Shown here: positions 27,761 through 36,749 of the stretch, piece after piece
How the letters are laid out: each line of letters starts with the position of its first letter
Numbering within the stretch: the stretch's first letter is position 1
From: Candidatus Aenigmatarchaeota archaeon
Lineage (GTDB): Archaea > Aenigmatarchaeota > Aenigmatarchaeia > CG10238-14 > SCSR01
NCBI GenBank assembly: GCA_038999725.1
Contig: JAWBWS010000003.1
Span: 29,464-93,463, forward strand
Length of the DNA: 64,000 nt
Direction: 5' to 3'
Made by a program: the position numbers and the translations under genes
Notes under the pieces: generated by a model
What the model was told of the DNA's origin: nothing
The model's database searches: none
The model's input: the letters and a program-made list of their open reading frames with translations, nothing else

Positions 27761-28370
27761 TCTCTATTTTTAGCACACCATCTTTAAATTTTTTACTTAT
27801 GCTTACATTCTTTGGAATCGGAATCAGTTTGAAATAAGCCTTATCGCCAGCAAAAGCCTTCACTTCTATACTCTGCTCCAATCTCTTAACCTCTATATCT
27901 TCCTCACTTTTAACATCAGGCAGTTTTATAAGTATTATCTGTTTGTTTCCTATGGTTTGAACTTCTGACTCAGGCTCTTCTGTAACTTTTGGCACTTTAA
28001 CTTCCTTCTCCTCTTCTTCAACCTCTTCTACAGCAGGCCTAACGCCAAGCCTTCTTTTTAGTTCTGGTTCAAGTTTTTTGTATTCACCAGAAGTCTTTAT
28101 TTCAATTTTTGGTTTCATTCCTCTACCACTGTGAACGGTTATGCTAATGCCCCCGCCCCTAATCCCAGGCTTTATCTTGAAGCTTGGTATCTTGAAAAAA
28201 TCAAACCCGAACATCTTGTCTATCTCTTTAAGCTCTTTATCTATATCATCAAAAATGCTCTCAAAAGGAGCCTCTTCTTCAATCTCCCACCCACAATAAG
28301 GGCAAAAATTCCAATCTTCTTTTATTTTTTTACCACACTTGGGACAAACCTTTTTTTCAAACATAGACAA
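27750..28370 (-). CDS. zinc-ribbon plus Hsp20/alpha-crystallin-like domain protein
   Basis: N-terminal CPKCG...CPYCG; C-terminal LIKLPDVKSEEDIEVKRLEQSIEVKAFAGDKAYFKLIPIPKNVSISKKFKDGVLKIEIER resembles an ACD core. Confidence 0.45.
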   Translation of the reverse strand: MSMFEKKVCPKCGKKIKEDWNFCPYCGWEIEEEAPFESIFDDIDKELKEIDKMFGFDFFKIPSFKIKPGIRGGGISITVHSGRGMKPKIEIKTSGEYKKLEPELKRRLGVRPAVEEVEEEEKEVKVPKVTEEPESEVQTIGNKQIILIKLPDVKSEEDIEVKRLEQSIEVKAFAGDKAYFKLIPIPKNVSISKKFKDGVLKIEIER

Positions 28371-28484
28371 CCATCCAATTGTGTTTAAACTTGAAATATT
28401 TTTGTTTACAAGATATAAATTTCTTTTACATTCAAAACAATTTTCATTTAAATACTTGAAAATAAAAATTTAATTGTGGAAAAA

Positions 28485-28640
28485 ATGGGTAAGAAACCTT
28501 TTGGTGGATATTCGATTTGCTTTAAAGGAAGGAAGGAAACCCTTGAACAAGTATTTGGTACAGCTCCTCTGACCCCAAGTGCGATGACGAAAAAGCTTTG
28601 GGCTTTTGTGAAAGCTAAAAAACTGGCAAAGAAAGAATAG
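28485..28640 (+). CDS. small basic ORF (51 aa), hypothetical
   Basis: Unlisted ORF MGKKPFGGYSICFKGRKETLEQVFGTAPLTPSAMTKKLWAFVKAKKLAKKE in an otherwise empty intergenic gap. Confidence 0.2.
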   Translation: MGKKPFGGYSICFKGRKETLEQVFGTAPLTPSAMTKKLWAFVKAKKLAKKE

Positions 28641-28688
28641 AGTCGAAGAGAAGTTAAAAATTCTTTTGTTTGTGCTTAGCCAAAATTA

Positions 28689-29021
28689 TCAAAACCTCTT
28701 CATCTTTCTTGAAATTTCAATTCCTTTCTTCTTCTCTTTCTTCAAGCTTTTCCCAATTTTTTTACCAAGCCTCTCAAACAAAAGCTTGAGAGCAGAAGGA
28801 ATGTCCCAACCATAAGCTTTGGCCACAAAAATTTTGTCGGAAGCTTTAACCTTAGCGTGAAAGGAATACTTCTTCCTTCCAGCAGGGCTATGTACATCAA
28901 CATCAAGCTTTAAGCTTGTTATCTTCCAAATTTTTTCAAATTTTTTCAAGAATTTGCTAACTTCTTCTTCTATTTCAAATTTCTCTGGAATTGGTGCATG
29001 AGAAATCTCAACTTGAACCAT
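28689..29021 (-). CDS. HPF/YfiA (ribosome hibernation factor, S30EA)-like protein
   Basis: Size and residue pattern align with bacterial HPF (V.I......I.E.....V..K..K.EK.....I.S.....V...............V......F.A.A.G.D...A...L...L.++I.K...KEKKK). Confidence 0.4.
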   Translation of the reverse strand: MVQVEISHAPIPEKFEIEEEVSKFLKKFEKIWKITSLKLDVDVHSPAGRKKYSFHAKVKASDKIFVAKAYGWDIPSALKLLFERLGKKIGKSLKKEKKKGIEISRKMKRF

Positions 29022-29051
29022 AATTTTATTTTTTGTTTTTATTCTAAAAAA

Positions 29052-29801
29052 TCACTCTTCCTCAACTCTTGGTGCAAGCACAAAATTCAAGGTGAGCTTA
29101 TCCTTAACTTCAAAACTCATTTTAAGAGGATAGTCTTGAGACCATTCCAACACGACAAAATCGCTAAGCTTTGTGGCTTTCACCATTTTCTTCAAGTACT
29201 CTAAAGGATACCTTGCCTTCACGCTTCCTGTAGCTTTTAGTTCCACCAAAGCTTTGTTTCCTTTTTCAAGCTCAAGCTGGTTGGAACTTATATCACCCTC
29301 AGCCCTCATCAAAAACTTGGAGGAAGAGGCTTCAAAAACTATGGTGTCTGCAGTAACTTCGGCATCAGCAATTCCAGTTTCAAGAACGTCTGAACTTAGT
29401 TGTGCTTTTGTCGTGAATTCAAGCTGATCTATTCTTGGGATTTCCTCTTGGCTTAGCTCCAGCAAGGGCAACACAAACCTCCTCTTGCTAGAATTCTCGA
29501 AAATGATTTCGAGTTTTGAATCTTGTAAGTTAAAGATTACCTTATCGTCTCCTCTTGCCCTCTTCAAGACTGAAAGGAAATTTGAAATATCCAAACCAAT
29601 TGACTGCTCTTTATCAATCTCATATTCCTCAAAAGCAAGGGAAGAAATTTTGAAATCAACAGCGGCAACCATTGCTCTATCAGAAGCTATCAAACTTATA
29701 CCATCTTTCGCTAGCTTGAAGACACCCTCATCTATAAGTTCAGCTATTGTAGAAATGGAGTTCACAAGCAAGCCCACATCTTTAAGAGTTGCTTTAAACA
29801 T
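29052..29801 (-). CDS. pcna: DNA polymerase sliding clamp PCNA
   Basis: 249 aa, collinear with Pyrococcus PCNA, including the C-terminal LAPRVEEE. Confidence 0.85.
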   Translation of the reverse strand: MFKATLKDVGLLVNSISTIAELIDEGVFKLAKDGISLIASDRAMVAAVDFKISSLAFEEYEIDKEQSIGLDISNFLSVLKRARGDDKVIFNLQDSKLEIIFENSSKRRFVLPLLELSQEEIPRIDQLEFTTKAQLSSDVLETGIADAEVTADTIVFEASSSKFLMRAEGDISSNQLELEKGNKALVELKATGSVKARYPLEYLKKMVKATKLSDFVVLEWSQDYPLKMSFEVKDKLTLNFVLAPRVEEE

Positions 29802-30090
29802 ACAATCCCTCTTTCTTATATAATTCTTCTGCTTTCTTAAATAAATTTAAATCAAATCCTTTTAAATCTTGTACCACATCAGCCTTAAGCTTACCGTCAA
29901 CCAAAGAACAAAAAACTCTCACCAACTCACCTTCTTTAACCTCTTCTTCAGAAAAAATTTCTATCTTCCCGGTCTCGTCTTCAAGAATAAAAGAATTCTC
30001 CGAAACTTTTGCTATTTTGCCAATTAAAGCAACCTTTGAATCGATTCTTGAAATTGATGAGATTTTTCTCGGCAAATAATGTTCTACCAC
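29794..30090 (-). CDS. small OB-fold (nucleic-acid-binding) protein, hypothetical
   Basis: ALIGKIAKVSENSFILEDETGKIEIFSE...GELVRVFCSLVDGKLKADVV is an OB-fold-like pattern; overlaps the PCNA start. Confidence 0.35.
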   Translation of the reverse strand: MVEHYLPRKISSISRIDSKVALIGKIAKVSENSFILEDETGKIEIFSEEEVKEGELVRVFCSLVDGKLKADVVQDLKGFDLNLFKKAEELYKKEGLYV

Positions 30091-30144
30091 AAAGTTAAAT
30101 TTAAGAGTTGGAAAATAAAAGCATTTTCTCTTTATTCAAAAATT

Positions 30145-30465
30145 TTAGCCATAAGAACGCCAACTGTATCCACACTTCTTACATTTATAGAATATTGTGG
30201 GAGGTTCATCTGCTGCCCTTGTTTGTTGCATCCACCAATAAGCTTCCATATTCTCACACTTAGGGCACATTATTCTTGTTGTTGGAAACTCGGCAATGCC
30301 TTCATCTTTTCCCATCACTATCACTTCCTTCTTCCTCCCCTCCACCTTCCCTCCAATTTCAATCTTTTCCCTGGACTTGACAGTAAACCCGCACTTCCTG
30401 CAAACCAAGTAACCTTTTCTCTTTTTATCAGCAATCATCAAATTTCCACATTTTGGACAAAACAC
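30145..30465 (-). CDS. tfs: transcription factor S (TFS; RNAP subunit M-like)
   Basis: N-terminal Zn ribbon CPKCGN; C-terminal CPKCENMEAYWWMQQTRAADEPPTIFYKCKKCGYSWR. Confidence 0.8.
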   Translation of the reverse strand: MFCPKCGNLMIADKKRKGYLVCRKCGFTVKSREKIEIGGKVEGRKKEVIVMGKDEGIAEFPTTRIMCPKCENMEAYWWMQQTRAADEPPTIFYKCKKCGYSWRSYG

Positions 30466-31140
30466 TCAAATTCCTCCAAAGATCCAATGAAATATAACTT
30501 TAAAATATCCTAATTTTGGTATAATAAATATTACCCTTCCTTTTATTTGTTCCCTTTTCACAGAATATTCAAATGGAAGCAAACCAGAATTGTGATCTCC
30601 TTTTGTCATGTAGCTTCCATCAGGATTAACTTTAATTATTCTGTGGATCACCGGAATTTTTTGACCAGGGACTTCATAAACTATCACATCCCCCACTTTA
30701 TACTCATCACTTCCTTGAACTATAGGCAGATCACCTACCTCAAACCCATTTTTTATAGGCCAAGAATCTATATAGCTTCTGTTATAGCCCAAATTTTCTT
30801 CCAACCATCTGTAATGAGTTATTTCTATGGTTTCATCATGAAGCATGGAAGATGTTAAAACAGAAACTGCTGGATAGTCTGTAGCAAGAACCAAACCAAG
30901 AAAGCCTTTAAAAATTAAAGCTGCAATGGCTCCACCTAAAATGTAAGGTAAGTAAGATTCTTGCTTGAAATAATACAGAAGAAGCACGCCAAAAATCACT
31001 AGCAGATAGGTTGTTATGTTTGTGATTGAAAATAGGTAAAGCAAAACAACTGATAAAAAAATGTAAAGGAAGATTCCATACTTCTTTTCAATTTTTTTCC
31101 ACTTTCTCTTAAGCTCTTCCATAACTTTCCCCTCTTGCAA
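30466..31140 (-). CDS. signal peptidase I (archaeal Sec11/S26B type), putative
   Basis: N-terminal TM helices; KVGDVIVYEVPGQKIPVIHRIIKVNPDGSYMTKGDHNSGL matches the SPase GD...HR...TKGDNN box. Confidence 0.5.
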   Translation of the reverse strand: MQEGKVMEELKRKWKKIEKKYGIFLYIFLSVVLLYLFSITNITTYLLVIFGVLLLYYFKQESYLPYILGGAIAALIFKGFLGLVLATDYPAVSVLTSSMLHDETIEITHYRWLEENLGYNRSYIDSWPIKNGFEVGDLPIVQGSDEYKVGDVIVYEVPGQKIPVIHRIIKVNPDGSYMTKGDHNSGLLPFEYSVKREQIKGRVIFIIPKLGYFKVIFHWIFGGI

Positions 31141-31771
31141 TTCCAGTGGCTATTATATGGGCTATCCTCAGAGGCTCTGGTATGTAACTTCTCGTGCAGC
31201 TCAACTTTATCACTTCTCTAGCTGTTGAATCATCAATCCCTATATTTTGGTAATAAACCTTTTTAAAGTCTTTGATGCAGCATTCTTTTATTTTGCCAGC
31301 ATTTTCCACAGCCTTCCACCTTTCTTCAAAATCTTCAAACTTCTTCAAGGCTCTCTTCACTCTTACCAAATCTGGCATCTTTCTGTTTATCACTATTACT
31401 GGGATCTTCGTCTCTTCAAAAATTCTCTTGATGTCAACCATGTTGAAACCTGCCAAAGTAATTCCATCGAACATCATAACTTTAAGTTGCTGTTTGTGCC
31501 TGCTAGAATTCACAAGCTTTATTATTTTTTCGGTTGCATCATTACCATCGACCAAAACTTCAATTTTGAGCACACCATCTAAAAATTTACCACCCCTGAA
31601 AACCACCCCTACAACAGGAACCAACTCTCTGCTTCTTGGTGTGAAGGCGCTATCATCAAAACCAAGAATTCTTATCTCAGGTTTTAGCATGTTTTCTAAG
31701 TAAGAGAATAGGATTTTGTAGATATTAAAGTTTTTTACAAAAGATTTCTTTGTAAGTTTATTTAATCTCAC
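31109..31771 (-). CDS. UPF0215/DUF99 family protein; likely start at the internal MLKPEIRILGFDDS
   Basis: IRILGFDDSAF N-terminal signature of DUF99. Confidence 0.5.
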   Translation of the reverse strand: MRLNKLTKKSFVKNFNIYKILFSYLENMLKPEIRILGFDDSAFTPRSRELVPVVGVVFRGGKFLDGVLKIEVLVDGNDATEKIIKLVNSSRHKQQLKVMMFDGITLAGFNMVDIKRIFEETKIPVIVINRKMPDLVRVKRALKKFEDFEERWKAVENAGKIKECCIKDFKKVYYQNIGIDDSTAREVIKLSCTRSYIPEPLRIAHIIATGIARGESYGRA

Positions 31772-31852
31772 ATAAGCTTTAAGATTTCAAGAAGCCCCTT
31801 CCATTAATTCAAAATTTATTAAATTTAAAAACAAAATTATGAAGTGATTTGA

Positions 31853-32023
31853 ATGGTGAAAAAAATTTTCCCAGAAGCAATGGCAAGGCTTTATTCTAGA
31901 GTTTTTGTTTGCAGGGTTTGCAAGAGCAAGATGAGGGCAGACCCTGCCAAGGTGAGAGCCGGAAAAATTAAATGTAGGAAATGTGGTTCTAAATCTCTCA
32001 GGCCAAAGAAAAGACCCATGTGA
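31853..32023 (+). CDS. rpl40e: 50S ribosomal protein L40e
   Basis: Unlisted 56-aa ORF MVKKIFPEAMARLYSRVFVCRVCKSKMRADPAKVRAGKIKCRKCGSKSLRPKKRPM, with the CxxC...CRKCG..LRPK pattern of L40e. Confidence 0.7.
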   Translation: MVKKIFPEAMARLYSRVFVCRVCKSKMRADPAKVRAGKIKCRKCGSKSLRPKKRPM

Positions 32024-32027
32024 TGAT

Positions 32028-32267
32028 ATGGAGATAAGTTACATAACAACTCGGGATTTGCAAAATTCTGCAGGCCAAACAAAGGGTAAAGTGAGGGTAA
32101 TTGTTTTGAAAGGTGAAAGCATTGCCAACATAGAGTTAATTTGCCCGGAATGTGGTCAAGCCCAAAAGAAAAAACAAGAATTCAAAATACCTTTGGATTT
32201 GAGATGTGAAAAATGCGGCTTCAGGGTGAAGCTTCAAAGACTGAGGAAAGAAATCAAGAAGAAATAA
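32028..32267 (+). CDS. zinc-ribbon hypothetical protein (79 aa from the internal Met; the ORF track extends it to 31983, overlapping L40e)
   Basis: CPECG...CEKCG; immediately follows L40e. Confidence 0.35.
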   Translation: MEISYITTRDLQNSAGQTKGKVRVIVLKGESIANIELICPECGQAQKKKQEFKIPLDLRCEKCGFRVKLQRLRKEIKKK

Positions 32268-32316
32268 AAACTTATTTTTATATCCCAAATTATCAATTGA
32301 AGAGCATTAGCTCTTC

Positions 32317-33627
32317 ATGATTTCCATGATAGAATTCCAAAGAGTTTGGAACTGGTATTCTCGCGAATCTGTGCTCAAGGCTATTGTTGAGGCTGCAAAA
32401 AACAGGGAAGTTGTTGCAGTCTATCGTGATGGTATTTTCGGTAAAAGGCCTGACATGCTTCAATACATTCAAGATGTTCTTCAATCGGTGGCCAAAGGTG
32501 CCATATCTTTTCATGGCTCTGTCGAAAGATGGCAACAACCCATGAAACTTGATGTGGGGTTAAGCAAAGCTCAGCTTGATGCCATGAGGATTGGGTGGGA
32601 TGTTTTATTTGATGTTGATGTTGATGTTTTTGAAATTGCCAAAATTACCGTTAAACAACTGATAGAAGCTTTCAAAGACCATGGTGTTTCTAGCTATAGT
32701 GTTAAATTCACGGGGGGCTCTTCTTTCCATGTTGGAATACCTTTTGAAGCCTTACCTGAAAAGATCAATGCTCAACCAACTGCTGCTCAATACCCGGAAA
32801 TCTTGCAGAAAATAATAGAATATGTGAAATGGTACATCAAGGATCAAGTGAAGGAAGAAATCATGGCTTTAGCAAGGCCTGAAGAAATTGCCAGCAGGAT
32901 AGGAAAGCCTTTGAAAGAGATAACAGAAAATGGTGAAATTTCTCCATTCAAGATAGTTTCCATGGACGTCTTTGGCTCAAGGCATTTGTTCAGGCTTCCC
33001 TACAGTTTACATGAAAAAACCCTTAACGTGAGTTTGCCGATAAAACCAGAGCATATAGATAAATTTGAAGTTCATCAAGCTTTGCCAGAAAAAGCCAAAG
33101 TTGAAGAAAAATTTCTTGTGCCAAAATCGAGCTTAAATGATGCAGAAGCTTTGGTTATAGAAGCTTTGGACTGGAGCGCTAAACACTTGCGTGAAATCAA
33201 GGAGGAAATACCAAAAGTGATTACCACCAAAAAGAAAATTAAAACAGTGCCAGAAAATTTCTTCCCCCCTTGCATTAAAAACATCTTACAAGGCTTGAGC
33301 GATGGAAGAAAAAGAAGCCTTTTCATTCTAACAAATTTCTTGAGAAACATGGGTTGGAGTTTAGAAAAGATAGAAAGCAAGATAACTGAATGGAACTCCA
33401 AAAACATACCCCCTCTAAGGAATAGCTATTTGAGAACTCAGTTGAGGTGGCACTTCAGGCAAGAGAGAAATCTACTGCCACCAAATTGCGATAATGAGAA
33501 TTTTTACAAGGCTATTGGGGTGTGCAAGCCAGATGAAGTGTGCGCAAGCGATGGTGAGATTGTGTTAAAGAATCCTGTCAACTATCCTTTCAAGAAGCTC
33601 AAGACCAAGAAAAAGAAAAGGGTTTAA
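32317..33627 (+). CDS. priS: DNA primase small (catalytic) subunit PriS
   Basis: WDVLFDVDVDVF (acidic catalytic motif), FTGGSSFHVGIPF (SGxRGxH-like) and MDVFGSRHLFRLPYSLHEKT (D...R..R.P.SLH.KT); Cys-containing C-terminal extension. Confidence 0.65.
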   Translation: MISMIEFQRVWNWYSRESVLKAIVEAAKNREVVAVYRDGIFGKRPDMLQYIQDVLQSVAKGAISFHGSVERWQQPMKLDVGLSKAQLDAMRIGWDVLFDVDVDVFEIAKITVKQLIEAFKDHGVSSYSVKFTGGSSFHVGIPFEALPEKINAQPTAAQYPEILQKIIEYVKWYIKDQVKEEIMALARPEEIASRIGKPLKEITENGEISPFKIVSMDVFGSRHLFRLPYSLHEKTLNVSLPIKPEHIDKFEVHQALPEKAKVEEKFLVPKSSLNDAEALVIEALDWSAKHLREIKEEIPKVITTKKKIKTVPENFFPPCIKNILQGLSDGRKRSLFILTNFLRNMGWSLEKIESKITEWNSKNIPPLRNSYLRTQLRWHFRQERNLLPPNCDNENFYKAIGVCKPDEVCASDGEIVLKNPVNYPFKKLKTKKKKRV

Positions 33628-33669
33628 ATAATCACTTTTAAGGTTTTATATAAGATTGGTTATAAGCGA

Positions 33670-34227
33670 ATGGGAAAGAAAATGGAAGAAGCAATAACTT
33701 TTGAACTGATAAGGAAGATCCAAAGAGAGGAAGAGAGATCACCAAAACTCTCCAAGCTACCCGAGAATTTTTATCAGAATGTTAAGAATTACCTTCAGCA
33801 AAAAAAGAAGATTCTGGAGAAAATGGAAGATAGGAAAGCTTCAATTGAAATAAAAAATATAGAGAGGTTAGTCGAGGATATCTTCAACAGAAGGGAGAGG
33901 AAGATAGTGACACAAGCTATTAATTCAGCAAGAGTTGGTTTGGTTGTAGAGAATTTAACAGATGAGGAGAAAGAGTTTTTTGAAAAAGTTAGAGATTTGG
34001 TTAAAAATAGGAGGGAAAAAATTTTGAAAGAATTGTTGGAGAAGGAGGAAGAAGAAAAAGAAAGTGTGAGCATGGTTGTTTTCAGGCAAGCTGTTCCTGA
34101 ATTCATTGGCACAGACATGAAGACTTACGGTCCATTTGAGAAAGGTGATATGGCTAAGCTTCCGGAAGAAAATGCTAGGGTTTTGATCGAAAAGGGTTTG
34201 GCAGAAGAGCTCAAAGTTAGCAAATAG
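33670..34227 (+). CDS. GINS subunit Gins51 (Gins15)
   Basis: A-domain helical N-terminus; B-domain C-terminus VVFRQAVPEFIGTDMKTYGPFEKGDMAKLPEENARVLIEKGLAEEL typical of archaeal Gins51; adjacent to priS as in other archaea. Confidence 0.5.
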   Translation: MGKKMEEAITFELIRKIQREEERSPKLSKLPENFYQNVKNYLQQKKKILEKMEDRKASIEIKNIERLVEDIFNRRERKIVTQAINSARVGLVVENLTDEEKEFFEKVRDLVKNRREKILKELLEKEEEEKESVSMVVFRQAVPEFIGTDMKTYGPFEKGDMAKLPEENARVLIEKGLAEELKVSK

Positions 34228-34228
34228 A

Positions 34229-34510
34229 TTGAAGAATGTAAAGAAAAATTTAAATAGTTTTTTTCTTTACTTAATTGTGATGAGCTTGTCTTCGATTTTG
34301 AACAAACTGAAAAAAATGGTTGGAAACTCTTTAATTGGGGAAATATCTCTATATTGTGAAATATGTAACAGAGTTGTGATTATTAGTGAGGAAGAAAGAA
34401 AGAAGTTGGGAATATACAATCCTGAAAAAGATCTTAAAATTTTGAGTTGCCCCATCTGCAATGTACCCTATGGTAAAAAGTTTTACCTATACGATTATTC
34501 TAAGGAGTAG
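34229..34510 (+). CDS. hypothetical protein with N-terminal hydrophobic segment and a CxxC...CPxC zinc ribbon
   Basis: CEICN...CPICN. Confidence 0.3.
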   Translation: MKNVKKNLNSFFLYLIVMSLSSILNKLKKMVGNSLIGEISLYCEICNRVVIISEEERKKLGIYNPEKDLKILSCPICNVPYGKKFYLYDYSKE

Positions 34511-34639
34511 TTTAAAAATTTAAATTAATGGGAAAAGCGAGAAAGATAATTTAAATTTGTTTAAAGACAAAATAAATTTTGTCTTGATAAAAGAAATAAA
34601 CCCCATAAATTTAAATGAAAAGCATTCAAAGGTATAAAA

Positions 34640-34924
34640 ATGAAATTCCCAAAAGAAATCAGAACTTTTTGCCCATACTGTGGCAAACACACAACACATA
34701 CAATTGAGGTAGCCAAAAGGAGGAAGAAGAGGTCTTTAGCTAGCGGGGAGAGGAGATTTCATAGAGCTATGAAGGGTTATGGCTCTTTCCCCCGTTCAAA
34801 TCCAAGGGGAAGGGAAAAACCAACAAAAAAAATTGATTTGAGGTTCAAATGCAAAGTTTGTGGAAAAGCACACACAAGAGGTAAAGGCTGGAGGGCAAAA
34901 AAATTTGAGTTGGTGAAGGAATGA
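34640..34924 (+). CDS. rpl44e: 50S ribosomal protein L44e
   Basis: [11 protein letters not shown]...[19 protein letters not shown] is the L44e pattern. Confidence 0.85.
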   Translation: MKFPKEIRTFCPYCGKHTTHTIEVAKRRKKRSLASGERRFHRAMKGYGSFPRSNPRGREKPTKKIDLRFKCKVCGKAHTRGKGWRAKKFELVKE

Positions 34925-35115
34925 GGAGTAAAAATCTTGTGACTCTACCCAAGAGCAAATTTTTGAGAGTTCTTTGTTTCAAGTGTAAGAATGAGCAAGT
35001 AATTTTCAGTAAAGCCAGTTCTCTTGTTAAATGCTTGAAGTGTGGAGAGATTTTAGCAGAACCAACTGGTGGGGAGGCTAGAGTTAGGGGAAAGGTTTTG
35101 GAGAGGTTTGGTTAA
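34921..35115 (+). CDS. rps27e: 30S ribosomal protein S27e
   Basis: [40 protein letters not shown]. Confidence 0.85.
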   Translation: MRSKNLVTLPKSKFLRVLCFKCKNEQVIFSKASSLVKCLKCGEILAEPTGGEARVRGKVLERFG

Positions 35116-35192
35116 CCCAAGAGGGAAAAGTTTTTAAAACTTCGAAAAAAATAATTTTTTTAGTGTTTAAATAATCTAAATTGGTGATTTAA

Positions 35193-35618
35193 ATGATATG
35201 GGAAGAGGCTTGGGATGAACTTGAAAAGATGAGAAGAAGGATAAACTACCTCATGAGAAGGATGTGGATGCCCTTGGAAGAGGAGCTAGAAGCTTTCAAA
35301 AGTTTTCCTGTTGATGTGAGTGAAACAGAAGACGAGCTTATAGTCAAAGCAGATTTACCAGGATTTGAAAAAAGTGATGTGACAATAAGGGCAACTGAAA
35401 ACAGTTTGGAGATAGAAGCTCAACACAAGGAGAAAAAAATTGAAAAAACAGAAAGGATGTTTAGAACAGAAAGAAGACTTGGTGCCATGAGGAGATTCTT
35501 AACCTTACCTCTTCCAGTTGACTATGAGAAAGCTAAGGCTGAGATGAAGAACGGTGTGCTCACGGTAAGGCTACCAAAGAAGATAAAGAAGGTGGGAAAA
35601 GAAATAAAAATTGAATAG
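35193..35618 (+). CDS. small heat-shock protein (Hsp20/alpha-crystallin family)
   Basis: ACD core with [12 protein letters not shown] and GVLTVRLPK. Confidence 0.85.
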   Translation: MIWEEAWDELEKMRRRINYLMRRMWMPLEEELEAFKSFPVDVSETEDELIVKADLPGFEKSDVTIRATENSLEIEAQHKEKKIEKTERMFRTERRLGAMRRFLTLPLPVDYEKAKAEMKNGVLTVRLPKKIKKVGKEIKIE

Positions 35619-35738
35619 ATGAGAGCTATGGCAGGAGAAAAGGATGAACTGCCAAAGCCTGAAGGAATCTGTAGGTTTTGCAAGAAGCCTATTTACAAGG
35701 ATCTAGCAAAACATGAGCTGATATGCCAGTTCAAGTAA
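35619..35738 (+). CDS. 39-aa C2HC-type zinc-finger-like micro-ORF, hypothetical
   Basis: MRAMAGEKDELPKPEGICRFCKKPIYKDLAKHELICQFK; starts at the nucleotide after the Hsp20 stop. Confidence 0.2.
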   Translation: MRAMAGEKDELPKPEGICRFCKKPIYKDLAKHELICQFK

Positions 35739-35741
35739 AAA

Positions 35742-36719
35742 CTAGAGGAATAAGTTTGCCACGGTAAAATAAATAGCCAAAGTAGCTATGTCGCTGAGCA
35801 AGGTTGCAAATGGTCCGGCAGCAAAAGCAGGGTCTACACCAGCTTTTTTCAAGATTATTGGTAAGAAGGTTGAGATTGAAGTTCCCATAATTATTCCCAA
35901 AAACATCGAAAAACCAACAACCCAAGCAATGGAAAGGTCTTTTTGCCAGCCCAATATCTCAAAAATTGCTAAGAGTGAGCCACAAATAACTGCAAGGTAA
36001 AGTGCAACCAAAAACTCTCTTTTCACCCACTTCTTAATGGAAAGTTTTGGGTCTAGGGCAAATCCCCTAACTATAAGAGTTTCAGATTGAGTGCCAGCAG
36101 CATCACTCACATAAACAAGAACTGGTATGAAAGCTGCTAGAACCAAATACTTGCTTAGCATAACTTCAAAAAAGCTAACTATCATGGCAGCCACAACACC
36201 ACCCAAAATGCCTATCAGAAGCCAGGGAATTCTCCTCCTAGCCATTTTTTTAGGGGAATCTTTTAGCGTGTTGAATTCTTGGCCAACCCTGTGGAAAATT
36301 CCACCAAATCTGAAGATATCTTCCCTGACTTCTTGGTTGAAAATTTGAAGTATGGTATCGTAAGGGATTACACCAAGAAAATGCCTCTCCTTATCAACAA
36401 CAGGTATCATCTTTATGCCGTGAGAAAGAGCAAGGTAAACAACCCTTTCTTGATTTGTGAATGGATGAACATAAATCACATCTTTTTTCATCACCTCTTT
36501 TATCAACTTATTTTTTTTCACTCCATAAAGTTCTTTGATAGAAAGAACACCCTTGAGCACATTTTCCTCATCGACAACATAAATGTAATCAATAGTTGCA
36601 AACTGCTTTATCTTATTCAAAATCATCTTCCTTACATTGTTTACAGTTTCATCAACTCTCACCACAGGAACTTCTGTGATCATTTGCCTTCCAGCAGTTC
36701 CCACAGGAAACTTCTGCAT
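35742..36719 (-). CDS. mgtE: magnesium transporter MgtE (CBS pair plus C-terminal TM domain)
   Basis: CBS pair followed by 5 TM helices with an MgtE-like layout. Confidence 0.65.
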   Translation of the reverse strand: MQKFPVGTAGRQMITEVPVVRVDETVNNVRKMILNKIKQFATIDYIYVVDEENVLKGVLSIKELYGVKKNKLIKEVMKKDVIYVHPFTNQERVVYLALSHGIKMIPVVDKERHFLGVIPYDTILQIFNQEVREDIFRFGGIFHRVGQEFNTLKDSPKKMARRRIPWLLIGILGGVVAAMIVSFFEVMLSKYLVLAAFIPVLVYVSDAAGTQSETLIVRGFALDPKLSIKKWVKREFLVALYLAVICGSLLAIFEILGWQKDLSIAWVVGFSMFLGIIMGTSISTFLPIILKKAGVDPAFAAGPFATLLSDIATLAIYFTVANLFL

Positions 36720-36749
36720 AATAAAAAATTGTTTTTGTGTGATTAAAAA

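Noticed and set aside
28371-28688. Possible ncRNA in the 320-nt gap between the zinc-ribbon-ACD gene and the HPF-like gene
   Set aside because: No convincing secondary structure or conserved boxes were visible by eye. A small basic ORF (28485..28640) explains part of the gap.
31983-32027. 5' extension of the 94-aa zinc-ribbon ORF
   Set aside because: Its first 15 codons overlap the 3' end of rpl40e in another frame. The internal Met at 32028 directly after the L40e stop is the more plausible start.
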